Under the pieces are notes generated by a model that had not been told where the DNA came from, searched no databases, and saw only the letters and a program-made list of their open reading frames with translations. Below, in pieces: positions 48,179 through 63,183 of a stretch of DNA of 64,000 nt. Origin of the DNA: Magallana gigas (Eukaryota); the NCBI RefSeq assembly GCF_963853765.1, contig NC_088855.1:36338205-36402204 (forward strand), read 5' to 3'. The translations under genes and the position numbers were made by a program. Position 1 is the stretch's first letter. Each line of letters opens with the position of its first letter.

Positions 48179-50161
48179 GTGCACCGGAACCGGGATGACT
48201 ATATAGACTTTTCCTTCATTTCATTATTTAATTTGTATATTTTTGTTTGTTTGGTTTTGTTTGGTCTTCTCGGTAATCTAAAGCCTGGAAAATCCCACGG
48301 TGAAGATGGAATTTTGAACGAATATTTTATTGAATTTCAAGACTATTTTATACCTATACTACATAATCTTTTTAATTGTATATTAAATACTGGTATTTTT
48401 CCCAGTACGTGGTCTTCCTCAATAATTATTCCAGTGTTTAAAAAGGGTGATTCTACAGACCCTAACAACTACAGGGGTATAAGTCTTGTTAGTAATATGT
48501 GTAAGTTATTTACTTCAATTTTAAACAAAAGGTTATTGGAATGGTCAAAATATAATGATGTTATAACGGATGCACAATTTGGTTTTAAACCAAGCTGTGG
48601 AACACGTGATGCTATTTTTGCTTTACATTCTATTATTAGTAACAGTCTATGTAAAAAGAAGAGGTTATATTGTGCGTTCATCGATTTTAAAAAAGCGTTT
48701 GATTCTATTGATAGACGACTTTTGTGGCTTAAACTTTCAAAGGTTGGCATTGAAGGAAAATTATTGTCAGTTATTAAAGCGTTATATCGTCATGTGAAAT
48801 CCTGTATTGGTGTTGATGGATTTTTGAGTGAATATTTTTGTAATAACCTAGGATTAATGCAGGGCGAAGTGTTATCACCTATTTTATTCAATTTATATGT
48901 CAACGATTTCGAAAATAGCTTTTTAAATGCCGGTTGTTTGTCTTACGAGTTATCTTCCCTAAATCTGTTTCTTTTAATGTACGCTGATGATATGGCCCTG
49001 TTCTCTGAATCTGTGGAAGGTTTACAATGTCTTTTGAATGAACTACATAGCTATTGTAATACTTGGAAAATGCATGTTAATGCGGAAAAGTCAAAAATTG
49101 TGGTTTTTAGAAACAATGGCAGAGTAAAAGATAGTGAGTGTTGGCATATTGGTAATGATGTTTTAGAAATTGTACAACAATTCACTTACTTAGGAATACT
49201 TTTCAACTTTAACAACAAGTTTACCAAAGCTGAAAAACAATTATCTGAACAAGGTAGAAAAGCATTGTTTGCGCTTAGAAAGAATATACGGGGAATGTCA
49301 TTTAATATAGAAACATTATTGTCGCTTTTTGATTGTTTTATTGGTGGAATTGTTAATTACTGTTCAGAAATATGGGGAAATAATATAGGTTGCAATATCG
49401 AGAAACTTCATACAGACTTCTGTAAACAAATTCTCGGAGTGAAGAAAAGTACAAATACTGCTTACTTATATGCTGAATTAGGCCGTGTGCCCCTTGTACA
49501 TTATAGAATGTTTAACATTATTAAGTTTTGGAAAAATGTCTTAATTAGTGACAATTGTATAATTAGACATTGCTACGAAGTTATGTATATTAATTGTGAA
49601 GAACACGGTTATAAAAACTGGGTTTTCTATGTAAAGAAAATTCTCATTGACCTCGGTTTTTTTGATATATGGTCTAACCAAAAAATAAACAATGGTATTT
49701 TACAACTTGTAAAACAAAGAATTTTTGATCAGGCAAAACAAGATAATTTTGCAAATGTTGAAAATTCAAAGAAATGTTCTTTTTACAAATATCTTATCGA
49801 TGGTATACATCTTCAATACTATTTAAGAAAATCTATTCCCATTAAATTACAGAAATATATAACTAAATTACGACTATCGTCACATCGCCTGGCTATTGAA
49901 ACTGGTAGATATAATAACACAAATAGAGAAAATAGATTTTGTCCACATTGCAAATCTAGTGTTGAAGATGAATTCCATTTTTTATTTGTTTGTCCTCTAT
50001 ACAGAACATTGCGCAGATTATACATGAAAGAATATTATTATAAAAAACCTTGTATGTTTAAATTAATTCAACTTTTTAATACTGACAATGTCAAAGATCT
50101 CTGTAATCTTGGCAAATTCATCTCAAAAAGTATGTTATTAAGGGACAACTGTATTACATAA
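48179..50161 (+). mobile_element. 5'-truncated non-LTR (LINE) retrotransposon, reverse-transcriptase ORF
   Basis: 660-aa ORF with RT motifs: N-terminal 'GKSHGEDGI' (GPDGI-like), 'FIDFKKAFDSIDR', 'QGEVLSPILFNLY', 'LMYADDMALF' (YADD). Also a C-terminal Cys/His motif 'CPHCKSSVEDEFHFLFVCPLY'. No endonuclease domain upstream. AATAAA-like tail near 50296. Confidence 0.85.
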
Positions 50162-51010
50162 TTGTAGTCTTTTGTTTTCTCAACCTGTATATGTAACAGT
50201 AAATGTTATTATCTGTACGTGCACAAGTTCTCCTGTAAATACACTACCACCTCATGTTATACATATGTCATACTGATAAGCTGTAAAGCTTAAAGAAATA
50301 AAGAATTGAATCTATATATATATAACCTTATCAAAACACGACTTGCGCAAGCAGTCGAGAGATCAGTACTACACCTGTCCCGAGTGTGTCAAGTCTAAAA
50401 ATAGTTCGGTCTAGAACGGAGACCTCTACATAAATGTAGATACCTTATTTGGATTTGGTTTTGAAGAATGTCGTCATTTCTATACATTTAAACATTACTA
50501 ATATATGTAAGAAAATACACGTACCTGAATCAACAATGAAAGTGTGATATATACATACATGTATTGATTTTACTACACGAATTTAAATATACTTTGCTCT
50601 GCTCTAATTTTATTTCATATATTTTTTTAATTTATTTTTTTTTTAAAGATTTCAATAATGAAACAATCCTGAATTATTTTACAAACCTTTTAAACTTTCA
50701 AATCGATATATTTTTTTTTCTTCATATATATCAAATTTTAAGGTTTATCAAAACAAAAACAAAAAGAGCAAAATTTCAATTGTTTTGCTCTGTTTGGTGA
50801 TTAAATTGTTAAGAGTCGATAAAGGCTTAAATGAAATTATCTTATCTTGAGTTGTTTCATGCTTCATACATTATGGTTTATTTTTAATTATGATTCTGAT
50901 AAAGCCTGGTTGACTTATAAACTGAACTTCCAAAAAAGGTAAAAATCACAAACAGCGCTCCATTCTGTTGTCTAAATATGGTATTGGATCATGAAAACAG
51001 AAGCACGTGA

Positions 51011-51256
<246 letters not shown>

Positions 51257-51694
51257 TAATAATTGATGTAAGTTGCAACCATGTCATACCTATGTTCGTA
51301 TAATAGGTAACATACAACCAAAGGGATAAAATCGTTTTTGTAATGCAACGAGAACGGAAAACGCCTAGCATACTTTTCACTTATTCTATTTCATTATTTA
51401 CCGAAAACAATAGAATAAAAAAGTTAATAATATTTGCATTTCATCTGGTAGCTCATGTTTCATAAAGCAATCTGATTGAAAAACTAAATAAACTATTTAA
51501 TTACATAACTAAGTGATAATGATTCAGTTTATGGTAATTTGATACTGGTAAACCGCAAATGAATGTTAACTGTATGAAAACCGATTTTTTATGACGGAAT
51601 TTATAAATCTAAATCATTTTACTCTGATAGGGTTTGTTAATTAATCAAAAATAAAGGAAAAGAAAAAAAATTCTAAATTGTTTATATTAAATAA

Positions 51695-52723
<1,029 letters not shown>

Positions 52724-55067
52724 TACTTACTGTTTAACCAGTTGACCTTTGAACCGATCTGAGATGTTTGTTGTAAATCATTTAGAATAGCAATTAGCTT
52801 ATCCAGAATGATTATGAAATGAACTTGATTGATTGATTCAAATATAATACAAATACACTAGTATGCAACTTACAAGTGATAGTATATAAAATATAATTAT
52901 GCATATTGTAACATGTATAATAAATAATGAAATCCCTGTTTATATCTGAATATCTGTAGAGATCTTTTCTGGTAAATACGAGATTATCAACTCGTAATAA
53001 TGAGATCTTTTTTCGTAATTACGAGATAATTAACTCGTTATTACGAGATCTTTTCTCGTAATTACGAGATAAAAATATTTTTTTTATTTGGCACTATTCG
53101 CTTTTCGTAGTTTACTGACCGACCGTCAGGATGATAACGATCTCCGAGACTAGACTATCAGCAATGTTCGATAACTCTAAATTATCTGGAATTTTTTATT
53201 TGTACCATAAATCTGACTTTTATGTAGACAAATCTAATAAGTCTTGTAGTGTTAATATTACGCTCAGGTGTTCAGCAAACTGCTTGGCTTAGTGGCTCCA
53301 CGGAGATTTACGTGTAACATAAAGGTAAAGGGGTTGGAGTCACCGATGTACCGGTACAACCGGGTTTTTTTTCTAATTTGATCTCAAGTTGTATATATTC
53401 ATTCCATAATATGCATCGTGGCCAAAATTGCCACAACTTCGTAAAATTCATGGATACAATCAAAAACTTTTCTTTTTATATTATTTCATTTATAAAGTTT
53501 GAAGGATAAATAAAATTTTTAAGATAAAGATTGAGGCAGATGTCGACCACCCAGCCCCCTTAGATCAATAGAGCGTTAAAGAAAATTTGTCTTCGTTATT
53601 TAATTATCTTTGATACGAGTATTGTTATTTTTTTGGGGGGGGGGGGTATTTTGTTTTTGTTTTTTATACTGTAAAAGACTAATGGTGACGAGTAAAAAAA
53701 GTATTTTATATGACGGCCGCCAAAATAAATATATACGTCATCAATGCATTTTTAAACAATCTTTATTCTCGTTGGAAAATAACTACATACGTAAACCTAC
53801 AAAGTTGCATGTTTCTACTTAGATAATTTCTATTGTTTCTTACAAAACAAGTCCTCCGATCGAAGTGGTGGAGCGAATGATATCAATTTCGGAAACAATT
53901 AAGAATATCTCCATATAGAAGTTCTCGATATTAAGTGTATAATAAACGCCTTTTTGGCGGCGCAGAATAAAATATTTCTTTTAATTTGGTACAAAGCGGC
54001 TTCCGTAGCGGTCGAAACATCCTGTTTGACTTTGAGTGTTTTCTTTTTCTCGGTAGACTCGGACCAACTCTGTAAACAATCGTCTGATACATAGTAAGTA
54101 CGTGTACTTATATATTTACAATACAATGAACACATCCTGTTTTCATGAGATAATAAGATAGGTCCGAACGAATTACTGGGGGATCCATTGAACAAATTTC
54201 AATGTGTGTATAATATATCATTTAATATTTGTGGTATGTTAGATGTAAACTTTTGTAATAATGTTATTCTAACTTGAATTTAAATTTTGAAATTTGAAAT
54301 ATAATATGTAAATCATATTATAACCGTTCGAGGATTAATTGATTAAGGTACTCTTAGATCTAGGCTTGTTTATATGGAATCTTTAAAGTGCCATAAACCA
54401 ATCGATAAACGCTTTTCCGCGTCATATGTTGCTTGTAAATTATAACTATGTACGTGTTTTGCAGCTTATTATATTAATATTTACAGGTGTTTACTATTCA
54501 AGTAAATATTAAAGCATTCTAAAATGGATCAATATGTTAATTCAACCTGTATACTCTCAAACATTACATTAGGTACGGAGTGAAAAAATGACAATTTGTT
54601 CACGATTATCACAATACTGTGTCACCAGACTGTATGGTGGATTAAAAAAAGACTACATAAAATTTTACAATATGGTGGATTAATTGATTCTTTGTAGAGC
54701 CATTTTATCAAGAGGCTGTACTTTCAGATGAAAATGTCTAGTTTGTTCACCAAAAACAGCAGTCAGATATTAAGAACATGAACCTTCTTTCAGATTTGCT
54801 TAAGTTTATAGAAATTCATCAATGTTCTTTGAATGTTGAAAACTTTCTGATCTATTTTGTGAAATGGATGCGGTTTCAACTAATCATGAATATAAAGCCC
54901 TCTATAAAGTCAGACAAGTGTTGCTGCAATCAGTGTATGTTCATATTTATTTGCTGATGACTGAATAGTTAACCATGAGTAGCATATGACACTAATACCA
55001 AATGTCCAAATTCTTGTTAAAACAACTCTAATTCTTCTCGTTAATCTTACGCCTACTCTACGGATGC

Positions 55068-55077
55068 TATAAATAAG
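55068..55077 (+). promoter_or_regulatory. TATA box (tataaataag) of actin-like C
   Basis: ~90 bp upstream of ATG 55167. Confidence 0.55.
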
Positions 55078-55166
55078 TTTTTACTTTTAGGCATCTCTCT
55101 TTAACCAATCTTGGAAATGTTGAATTGTGTAAATCGAAAACGAGATCAAGAAAAAACAAAGTTAAA

Positions 55167-55295
55167 ATGGCTGATAATGACAAAGTCACAGCGTTGGTTA
55201 TTGACAATGGATCCGGGATGTGTAAGGCTGGATTCGCCGGTGACGATGCCCCCAGGGCTGTGTTCCCACCCATCGTCGGTCGTCCCAAGCACACG
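55167..55295 (+). CDS. Divergent actin-like C exon 1 ([43 protein letters not shown])
   Basis: Same exon structure as actin A/B. TATA box at 55068-55077. Donor ACG|GTAGGC. Confidence 0.85.
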
Positions 55296-55388
55296 GTAGG
55301 CTATGCCAAGTTACAATTATAATATCATTAATAGCATCACATTCAATGATATAAAATGTTGTTATTTAAATAATGAATTCTTTCTTTG

Positions 55389-56345
55389 ATGATTCAAGCG
55401 GGATATGAAGGTGGCGACATTGCAGAAAAAATGTACAACCCACTGACGCGGTTTATGTAATTTTTTTCTGCAATGATCGATACCTTTAAATCTTAATCAT
55501 CAAAGAAAGCATTTTATTGTTTATGTTTACATCTTTCTTTCAACAAATTAATAAATTGATTGTAAAAAGTAAGTTAAATTAACTAAATTACATGTACTGT
55601 TAATGACTTAAAGAGACTTGGACACGATTTAAGATCAAAAATTTCATTTTTATTTTTTTTATGTAAAAAATGGTTTATAACGCATTTTAAATGATGGACC
55701 AAAATATTGATTGTTTTAGTCAAGTTACAAGCGAGATACAGACGAAAGAATTGGTTGTTATGTAAACAAAGCTCGAGTCTTATAGTTGTTTACAAAAAAT
55801 GTAATGAAGAGAATTACAATTTCTCTAACAAAACGACATGTAAAAACAATTTAAACTAATTCAGTATCTTCAACAAAAGAAAGATACATTTGACTGAAAC
55901 TTGCACCGATACAACACATATGTAAAAATGACAACATTCTGGCTTTGTTTACAAAACAAAGAATTATGAACTCTGTATCTTGCTTATAACTTAATATTTG
56001 ACTTTCAAATTTTGACAAAGCATTATAAACTTCTATATTTATCAGTATAAACATCGACAATGGAAATATCAAATTTGAAAATTTAAAGTCCAATCGTGTA
56101 CAAATCCCTTTAATGTACATCAGGACGTCCGCTAAAAGAAACGGCCAAATCGCCTCCTATAAATAGGAATTTGAGTCTGACATCATGATTATTTTGTGCA
56201 GTCCATGATTTGTCTAGGGTCGCGGTAGGATTCGACCAATCGATAAACGGGGCGTGTAGATTTCAGCCTTGTCAATTTCAGTCCTGTCATGAGTTATCCA
56301 TAGGTTTCCGTAAGAAATATATCGAATCATACTCGATAGATGTAA
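55389..56345. repeat. Dispersed composite repeat family, copy 3 (in the actin-like C intron), split by a ~540-bp insertion
   Basis: The two halves 55389-55570 and 56110-56345 match copy 2 in order. Confidence 0.55.
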
Positions 56346-56745
56346 AGATAATGAATTTGTTTGTTATACTTAGTAATTTCTGCAAGTATTTCATCATTAT
56401 CCTAAGATACACAAAATATAAACGCTAGAGAAGACACTGTACAGATAAATGTAAAACTGTTAACATCCATATGATTTGTTCTCGAATTCTTAAATTTTGT
56501 AAAATAATTTTAGTTGCTGATGTGACAGTACGTAGTATTAATCAATTTATAATTGAAATATGTTTATAACATATGCAAAAATTGTTATTATTATTGTTTT
56601 TCAAACACAGGGAAAGTCTCTAGAGCCCAAAAAGTAATTCGTAATTTTACTAACTTATATGGGGGAATTGTACACCAACAAAGTTTGTTTTCCCTTACTT
56701 TATCTTGGTTTAATCGCATTTTTTTTAATGTTGGTTACATTTCAG

Positions 56746-57747
56746 GGAAACATGGTTGGTATGGAGTTCAAGGACACGTATGTTGGAGATGAGGCCGAGG
56801 TTAAGAGAGGAATTCTCACACTTAGACCCCCCAGAGAACATGGCATCATCACCAATTGGGACGACATGGAGAAGATCTGGCACCACACCTTCTACAACGA
56901 ACTCCGTGTGGCCCCGGAAGAACACCCTGTTCTACTGACCGAGGCTCCGCTCAACCCAAAGGCAAACAGGGAAAAGATGACACAAATCATGTTCGAAACC
57001 TTCAATTCCCCTTCCATGTACGTTGCTGTTCAGGCCGTACTGTCTCTGTATACTTCCGGTCGTACAACTGGATTTGTACTCGATTCCGGAAACGATGTCA
57101 CCCACTCAGTGCCTATTTACGAGGGCCATTCCTTTCCCCACGCCGTTTTGAAACTTGATCTCGCTGGACGTCATCTTACCGATTATCTCGGGAAATTACT
57201 TACCGAACGAAGATATTCTTTCACAACCACTGCTGAAAGAAAAATCGTCTGTGACATCAAAGAAAAATTGTGCTACGTCGCCCTTGACTATGAAAAGGAG
57301 ATGTCATCCTCAATGACATCTTCTCTGGAAAAAAGTTATGAACTTCCAGATGGCCAGGTTATCACCATTGGCAACGAGCGGTTCAGATGTCCTGAGACTC
57401 TTTTTAAGCCATCCATGTATGGAGTGATGAATTCCAATATCCATGAACACATAAACAACAGTATCATGAAATGTGATGTGGATATCCATGAAGACATGTT
57501 CTCTAACATTGTGTTATCTGGAGGTTCAACCATGTTTCCAGGTATAGCCGATCGTATGCAGAAAGAAATCACAGCACTTGCTCCAAGCTCTATTAAAGTC
57601 AAAATCATTGCTCCACCCGAGAGGAAATACTCCGCCTGGATTGGAGGATCCATCCTGGGTTCTCTCTCCACTTTCGAAGATATGTGGATCAGCAAAGAGG
57701 AATACGATGAAAATGGTCCCTGCATTGTTCACAAGAAGTGCTTCTAA
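56746..57747 (+). CDS. Divergent actin-like C exon 2 ([40 protein letters not shown]...CIVHKKCF*)
   Basis: Acceptor catttcag. Roughly 75-80% identical to canonical actin, with a divergent D-loop and subdomain 4. Confidence 0.85.
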
Positions 57748-59161
57748 TACTTTTTGTGTGAACAAAGCAGGAGGGAGCGGTTACAGTTTGAGTGATCGAT
57801 TATGTAATGATTTTTATGAAATGAATAAATGATGCTTTGTATTTTGGAAACTTCATTTTTGTCATACTATAGTTTCATTAATGTTTTGTTGCTATAAATA
57901 GTTAAAGATTAAGTATATTTTACTGTTTCGAGAATGCAAAAATTCGTATACAATTGATATATCAACAAAACCTGTTACTAGATTTACTTCAGTGGATATT
58001 TGGTTTCGTGGACCGCATATGCAACAAAATCCACGAAAATTGACGTTTAACGAATATTAACGAAACCAGTAGTTGTCTCTTAATTTTTTAAGTAACTGCG
58101 TGCATGTAATTTACATGCACAGCATAAAGTGTTAATGTATTTTTACCACTAAATAAATCGATTTAACTCGACCGGGAAGATCTACTAGTAATACCAATAT
58201 TCTGCATATAAATTTTATCGAGTAAAAATATCAATATGAAATCGAGTCATGCACTTATGTTGTTATATGGACGAAAAATAAAAATGTGATTTGACTATAC
58301 AATCATCCTGATAAAGTATGGGTTCAATATTGTTCAAACTTTGATTACTGGGCCCCTAGGAGGGATTCAGAGTTTGATATTGGAAACAGTTTAGATTTTA
58401 ATTGTTCAAACCATGACTCTGTGTCCACTGAAGAGGTTTAAAAATCAGCATCAGAATAATTAGCATGTATAATGTGCAACTAAAGAGTATTCTTTCAAAT
58501 GCAATGCAATTTATAAAACCGTAAAGCAGTTGTTTTGGGACAGAGCAAAGATTTGGCGAATTCGGTCTTACGAGGTATGCCATTAATTTTTGCAAATATA
58601 ATTTTAATGTATCTTTTTTTTCTTCAATAAGTACTTTCTGTCAGGTATAGAAATGAGCAAAACTCATCATCACCATGACGGATAATACAAATTTAAAATC
58701 TGATCCCGACTTACACAGTTTAAAATTTTCAAATAAATAAAAAGTAAAAATATGCGCGAAAATAGTATACGTATAAGTAATCATTCTAAATTGCTGAAAC
58801 AACAATCTCTGAAACAATAAAAGGGGCTTAATGTTTAACCAAAAATATGTGGAGAGTGAAGAAAAATTGAAAACCTATAAAACAAGACCTACTCTACCAC
58901 ACTGTCCAGCTTTGTAAAATATGACCCAATAAAGCTGATTTTATCAGTTATAGATTATGCTGCTCAGCTGCCCATGAACCTCTCTTTTTGGGAATGCATT
59001 ATTATTATTGCATTGTTTCATATTTTGCACACTAGGAATCTTTTTCTAATGACTCGATCGGTATAAGTTGGATTATCTCTTTAAAATACATAAAATAAAT
59101 ACCATTGACCATATACGCCCAACTATGGAACCAGATCGCAAAAATTGACGTATCGATATTC

Positions 59162-59171
59162 AATATAAAAG
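59162..59171 (+). promoter_or_regulatory. TATA-like box (aatataaaag) of actin-like D
   Basis: ~110 bp upstream of ATG 59281. Confidence 0.4.
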
Positions 59172-59280
59172 AATTGTGCAATATTTAGTGTAGGTTTAAA
59201 TGGCTGAACATTTCCCCCAACATAGGGAATCTAATCAAGATTAAGAATTTTAAAATCCACCCTCAGCACAGTTTTAAAAA

Positions 59281-59412
59281 ATGGCCGACGACGAAGACGA
59301 AGTTGCTGCATTAGTTATTGACAATGGATCCGAAACGTGCAAGGTTGGATTTGCCGGAGACGATGCTCCAAGAGCCGTGTTTCCCTCCATTGTCGGTCAC
59401 CCCAAGAATACG
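59281..59412 (+). CDS. Divergent actin-like D exon 1 ([44 protein letters not shown])
   Basis: Phosphate-binding loop altered: GSGMCKAGF becomes GSETCKVGF. Donor ACG|GTATGT at the conserved position. Confidence 0.8.
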
Positions 59413-60033
59413 GTATGTTAATGGTACGTTACAATTTGAGTAATTTCTACCGTCTGCAAATAAAAAAAAAAATGTATGACATTTTGCTGGGTATATCATT
59501 CAGTGTAATAGGTCAAATGCAAAAACAATCGCATAATGTTGCCCTCTCAATTAGAATAGGTTCATTACTAGTAATTATCAGAACCTTGATATATCACAGT
59601 TAGTTAATTAATGTGGATCCGTGTTTGATCGAGAATGTTTTTTTATTTGCATAATTTCATCGATTTCATGCATTGCAGCTTAAATCAGTAAGCTTTTTAT
59701 TTTCAGGTTTATTATAAAAAACAGAGTCAGTTTTGTAAATCTTGTAAATCTCTATATAATATTTTAAATGGAAGAGAATTCTGTTTAAGACCAAAATGGC
59801 GTGTAACGTGTATGAAAGACTCTGTAATGTACGCAAATTCTAAACACAGTTATTTTATAGAAATAAAATATGGTTGACATTGATGTATTGATAGGTCGGT
59901 ATGCTGCTTATTCATTGCTAAGATACTATGATTTGACAATTATTACATGTCCCTTTCTCAAATACATCAAAACAACTCATGCGCATCCGGTATTTTCTGT
60001 TCATTCTAATTTTAAAGCAGTTGCTATTTTCAG

Positions 60034-61035
60034 GGAAACATGGTTGGTATGGAGTTTAAAGACACGTACGTTGGAGATGAGGCCAAGGTTAAGCGAGAAA
60101 TCCTTACCCTAAGACACCCCGCAGAACATGGCATCGTCACCAACTGGGACGACATGGAGAAGATCTGGCACCACACCTTCTACAACGAACTCCGTGTGGC
60201 CCCAGAAGAATGCCCTGTTCTACTGACAGAGCCTCCGCTCAACCCAAAGGCAAACAGGGAAAAGATGACACAAATCATGTTCGAAAAGTTTGAAACTCCC
60301 GCCATGTACGTGGCTATTCAGGCCGTTATGTCTCTGTTCGCTTCCGGTCGTACAACAGGAATTGTCCTCGACTCTGGAAATACTGTTACTAATACAGTGC
60401 CCATTTACGAAGGTTACTCCTTTCCTCATGCCACCAGGACACTAGATCTTGCTGGACGTCATCTGACCGATTACCTCATGAAACTACTTACCGAACGTAG
60501 ATATTCATTCACAACCAAAGCCGAAAAAGACATTGTCAGCGACATCAAGGAGAAATTGTGCTTTGTCACGAATGACTTTCAACAAGATATGGAGATCGAT
60601 TCATCCCTCCTTGAAAAAAGGTACGAACTCCCTGACGGTCAGCTCATGGTCATTGGCAACGAGCGATTTAGATGTGCAGAACCTCTATTCCAACCATCAC
60701 TCCTCGGAATAGAATGTTCTAGTATCCATGAAAGCATAAACAACAGTATCACGAAATGTGATGAGGATATCCGAAAAGACTTGTACGCTAACATTGTGCT
60801 ATCTGGCGGTTCAACTGTGTTTTCCGGAATTGCGGAACGTCTAAAGAAGGAAATCGCAGCACTTGCTCCCAGTTCTGTGAAAGTCAAGATAACTGCTCCG
60901 CCCGACAGGGAATACTCAGCCTGGTTTGGTGGATCGTTTCTAGCTTCTACCTCCATTTTCAAAGATATATGGATCAGCAAAGAGGAATATGACGAATACG
61001 GTCCCTGCATTGTCCACAAGAAGTGCTTTCAGTAG
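60034..61035 (+). CDS. Divergent actin-like D exon 2 ([40 protein letters not shown]...CIVHKKCFQ*)
   Basis: Acceptor ctattttcag. The most divergent of the four genes. Shares the '[17 protein letters not shown]' D-loop variant with gene C. Confidence 0.8.
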   Translation, partial: GNMVGMEFKDTYVGDEAKVKREILTLRHPAEHGIVTNWDDMEKIWHHTFYNELRVAPEECPVLLTEPPLNPKANREKMTQIMFEKFETPAMYVAIQAVMSLFASGRTTGIVLDSGNTVTNTVPIYEGYSFPHATRTLDLAGRHLTDYLMKLLTERRYSFTTKAEKDIVSDIKEKLCFVTNDFQQDMEIDSSLLEKRYELPDGQLMVIGNERFRCAEPLFQPSLLGIECSSIHESINNSITKCDEDIRKDLYANIVLSGGSTVFSGIAERLKKEIAALAPSSVKVKITAPPDREYSAWFGGSFLASTSIFKDIWISKEEYDEYGPCIVHKKCFQ

Positions 61036-62129
61036 CTTCAGTCTGTGAGAGCATTTAGCAAGACCGATTGTTATACCCCTGTAAAACAGTTACCATATAA
61101 CTCTATACCAAAAAAGTCCAGCATTTTGACTGTTAGACTGGAACTGTTGGATTGGAACTGTTAAAATCGACTGTCATATTACACAAAACGAGTGATTAAA
61201 TTAGTAGGAGTATAACAAAACAGTTGTTTACTGGGGTCGAGGTTCGGCCTTGGGCAACAGTTTGTGAGCCGGTCCGACAGAGCAACTGTTGCCCTCGACC
61301 CGAGTAAACAACCCCCCCCCCCCCCAAAAAAAATAAACAACCCCTGTATACTGTTCTTCTGATCGGGTTGTGATATCTGCTGTAAACGCTCTATAATAAT
61401 ATTAATCTTACTTCATATAATAGAGCCATGGTTATAAAATGGCGATAACAAGGAATACTGTGACATATGAACCTGGCGAGGTTTTGAAATTTAATCAGCT
61501 GTGATTTACTGTATATTCATAATGTGCATGAAATTATTGTTTTATTAATACGTAGATTTGATATCTTCATGTATATTTTCATGAAAATTTTTCTCGAAAC
61601 ATTTTTTTGGGGAGAGTAAAACTTTATAAGCTGAAATGTAACAATGTGTAGTTATTTAAGACATCTTTATTTATAAAATTAGTTTCTGTGTCTAATTATT
61701 ATATAGAGGGAAATTTATACATCAAATACCCCCCCCCCCCAAAAAAAATAAAAAATTCATAGCTTATTGCAAACACAAACATTCAATCAAAAACACATTA
61801 TGTTCTATAGTTATAAAAAAACTACCATTAAAAGCGCTGTGATATTAATTTTACAAATGAATAAAAAAAAATACAATGAAATGCATGTGATAAATCTCAT
61901 CATATTTGGAATGTTGTTCTTTCTTTCTCTATACAGGAATTTTAGTGAAATTTTTTCAATACTTAAATCTTTTGTAGATGTCTTTTCATATACATGTAGT
62001 TCCTACTAGATGTATATGAAAAGACATCTACAAAAGATATTAAATGTTGTGTGTGATACCTAGGAACTTCCTAGGTATCACACACAACATTTAATGGTTT
62101 TATGATGTATCGGGGCAATACTTATGGAA

Positions 62130-62620
62130 CGCCAAATTCACAAAAATGGGCTAAACATAGTTTCACAGTCGATAAACTAGGTTTATCAGCTGTTAACTAT
62201 AGTTTACGGATCCTAAACTATAGTTAACGATTCGATAACTATAGTTTACATCTGTGAATCTATATTTCACGAATGTAAACTATAGTTTACGAATGATAAT
62301 CATAGTTTATCTCTCTGTAAAAAACGTTAACAATAGATTTTGCTGATAAATATAGATTCACATTTGTTAATTATAATTTACAATCGTAATATTAAACTAT
62401 AGTTAAGAGTTGTTAATTATAGTTTCACAAATCGTGAAACTACATTTATCAGACAAATTCACAGAAATGAGCTAAACATAGTTTCACAGTCGATAAACTA
62501 GGTTTATCGACTGTTAACTATAGTTTACGGAACTATAGTTACCGACGTTAATCTATATTTCACGTCTGTAAACTAAAGTTAACGCGAAAATCTATGTTTC
62601 ACATCTGTTAACTATAGTTA
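62130..62620. repeat. Satellite-like 'ctatagtt' array with a ~330-bp higher-order repeat
   Basis: 62130-62205 nearly duplicates 62458-62533 ('...gctaaacatagtttcacagtcgataaactaggtttatc...ctgttaactatagtttacgga'). Many short 'aactatagtt' units lie between them. Confidence 0.6.
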
Positions 62621-62645
62621 ACACTTAAAATATTAGTAATAAGAA

Positions 62646-62782
62646 ATCATTCTTTGAATATTATGGAGATAATTTCGGTCGGAGCGTGGTCAATCTATCG
62701 TAAAGCCCTTCTTTATTGGATTTGACCATCCCCAACCGAAATTATCCCCTCATAATACTCAAAGAATGATTCCTTGAATACT
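62646..62782. mobile_element. Small hairpin MITE, copy 2 (same family as 23709-23850)
   Basis: Same termini 'cattctttgaatattatggag ... cctcataatactcaaagaatgattcc'. Confidence 0.6.
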
Positions 62783-63117
62783 TAGTATGCAACAAAATAA
62801 TAGATTACGCATTTCATTTTATAAATAAACTGATTTATTCAAGCTCGCGGTTTCGCAGTAGGGGTCACATTTGGGATATTAAATAGTTTTCTGACGAAGT
62901 ACACTTGAAAGGATGACGTCATAAGGACACATGCAATTTGGAATAGTGACCAATACATGACGTAAGAGTTATTTCCAGTTAATAAGTACCAATCCTTCAT
63001 GACGTTTAGTCTAGTTGATGATTGGTGCAAGCGTACTTGTTTAATTGAGTTTTGAACTTCCGTAATAACAACCTGTAATTGAAAAATTTCGATTTAATCT
63101 TTTAGTCATAAGCGATA

Positions 63118-63118
<1 letters not shown>

Positions 63119-63178
<60 letters not shown>
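63119..63178. repeat. (CT)n microsatellite
   Basis: Direct observation. Confidence 0.95.
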
Positions 63179-63183
<5 letters not shown>

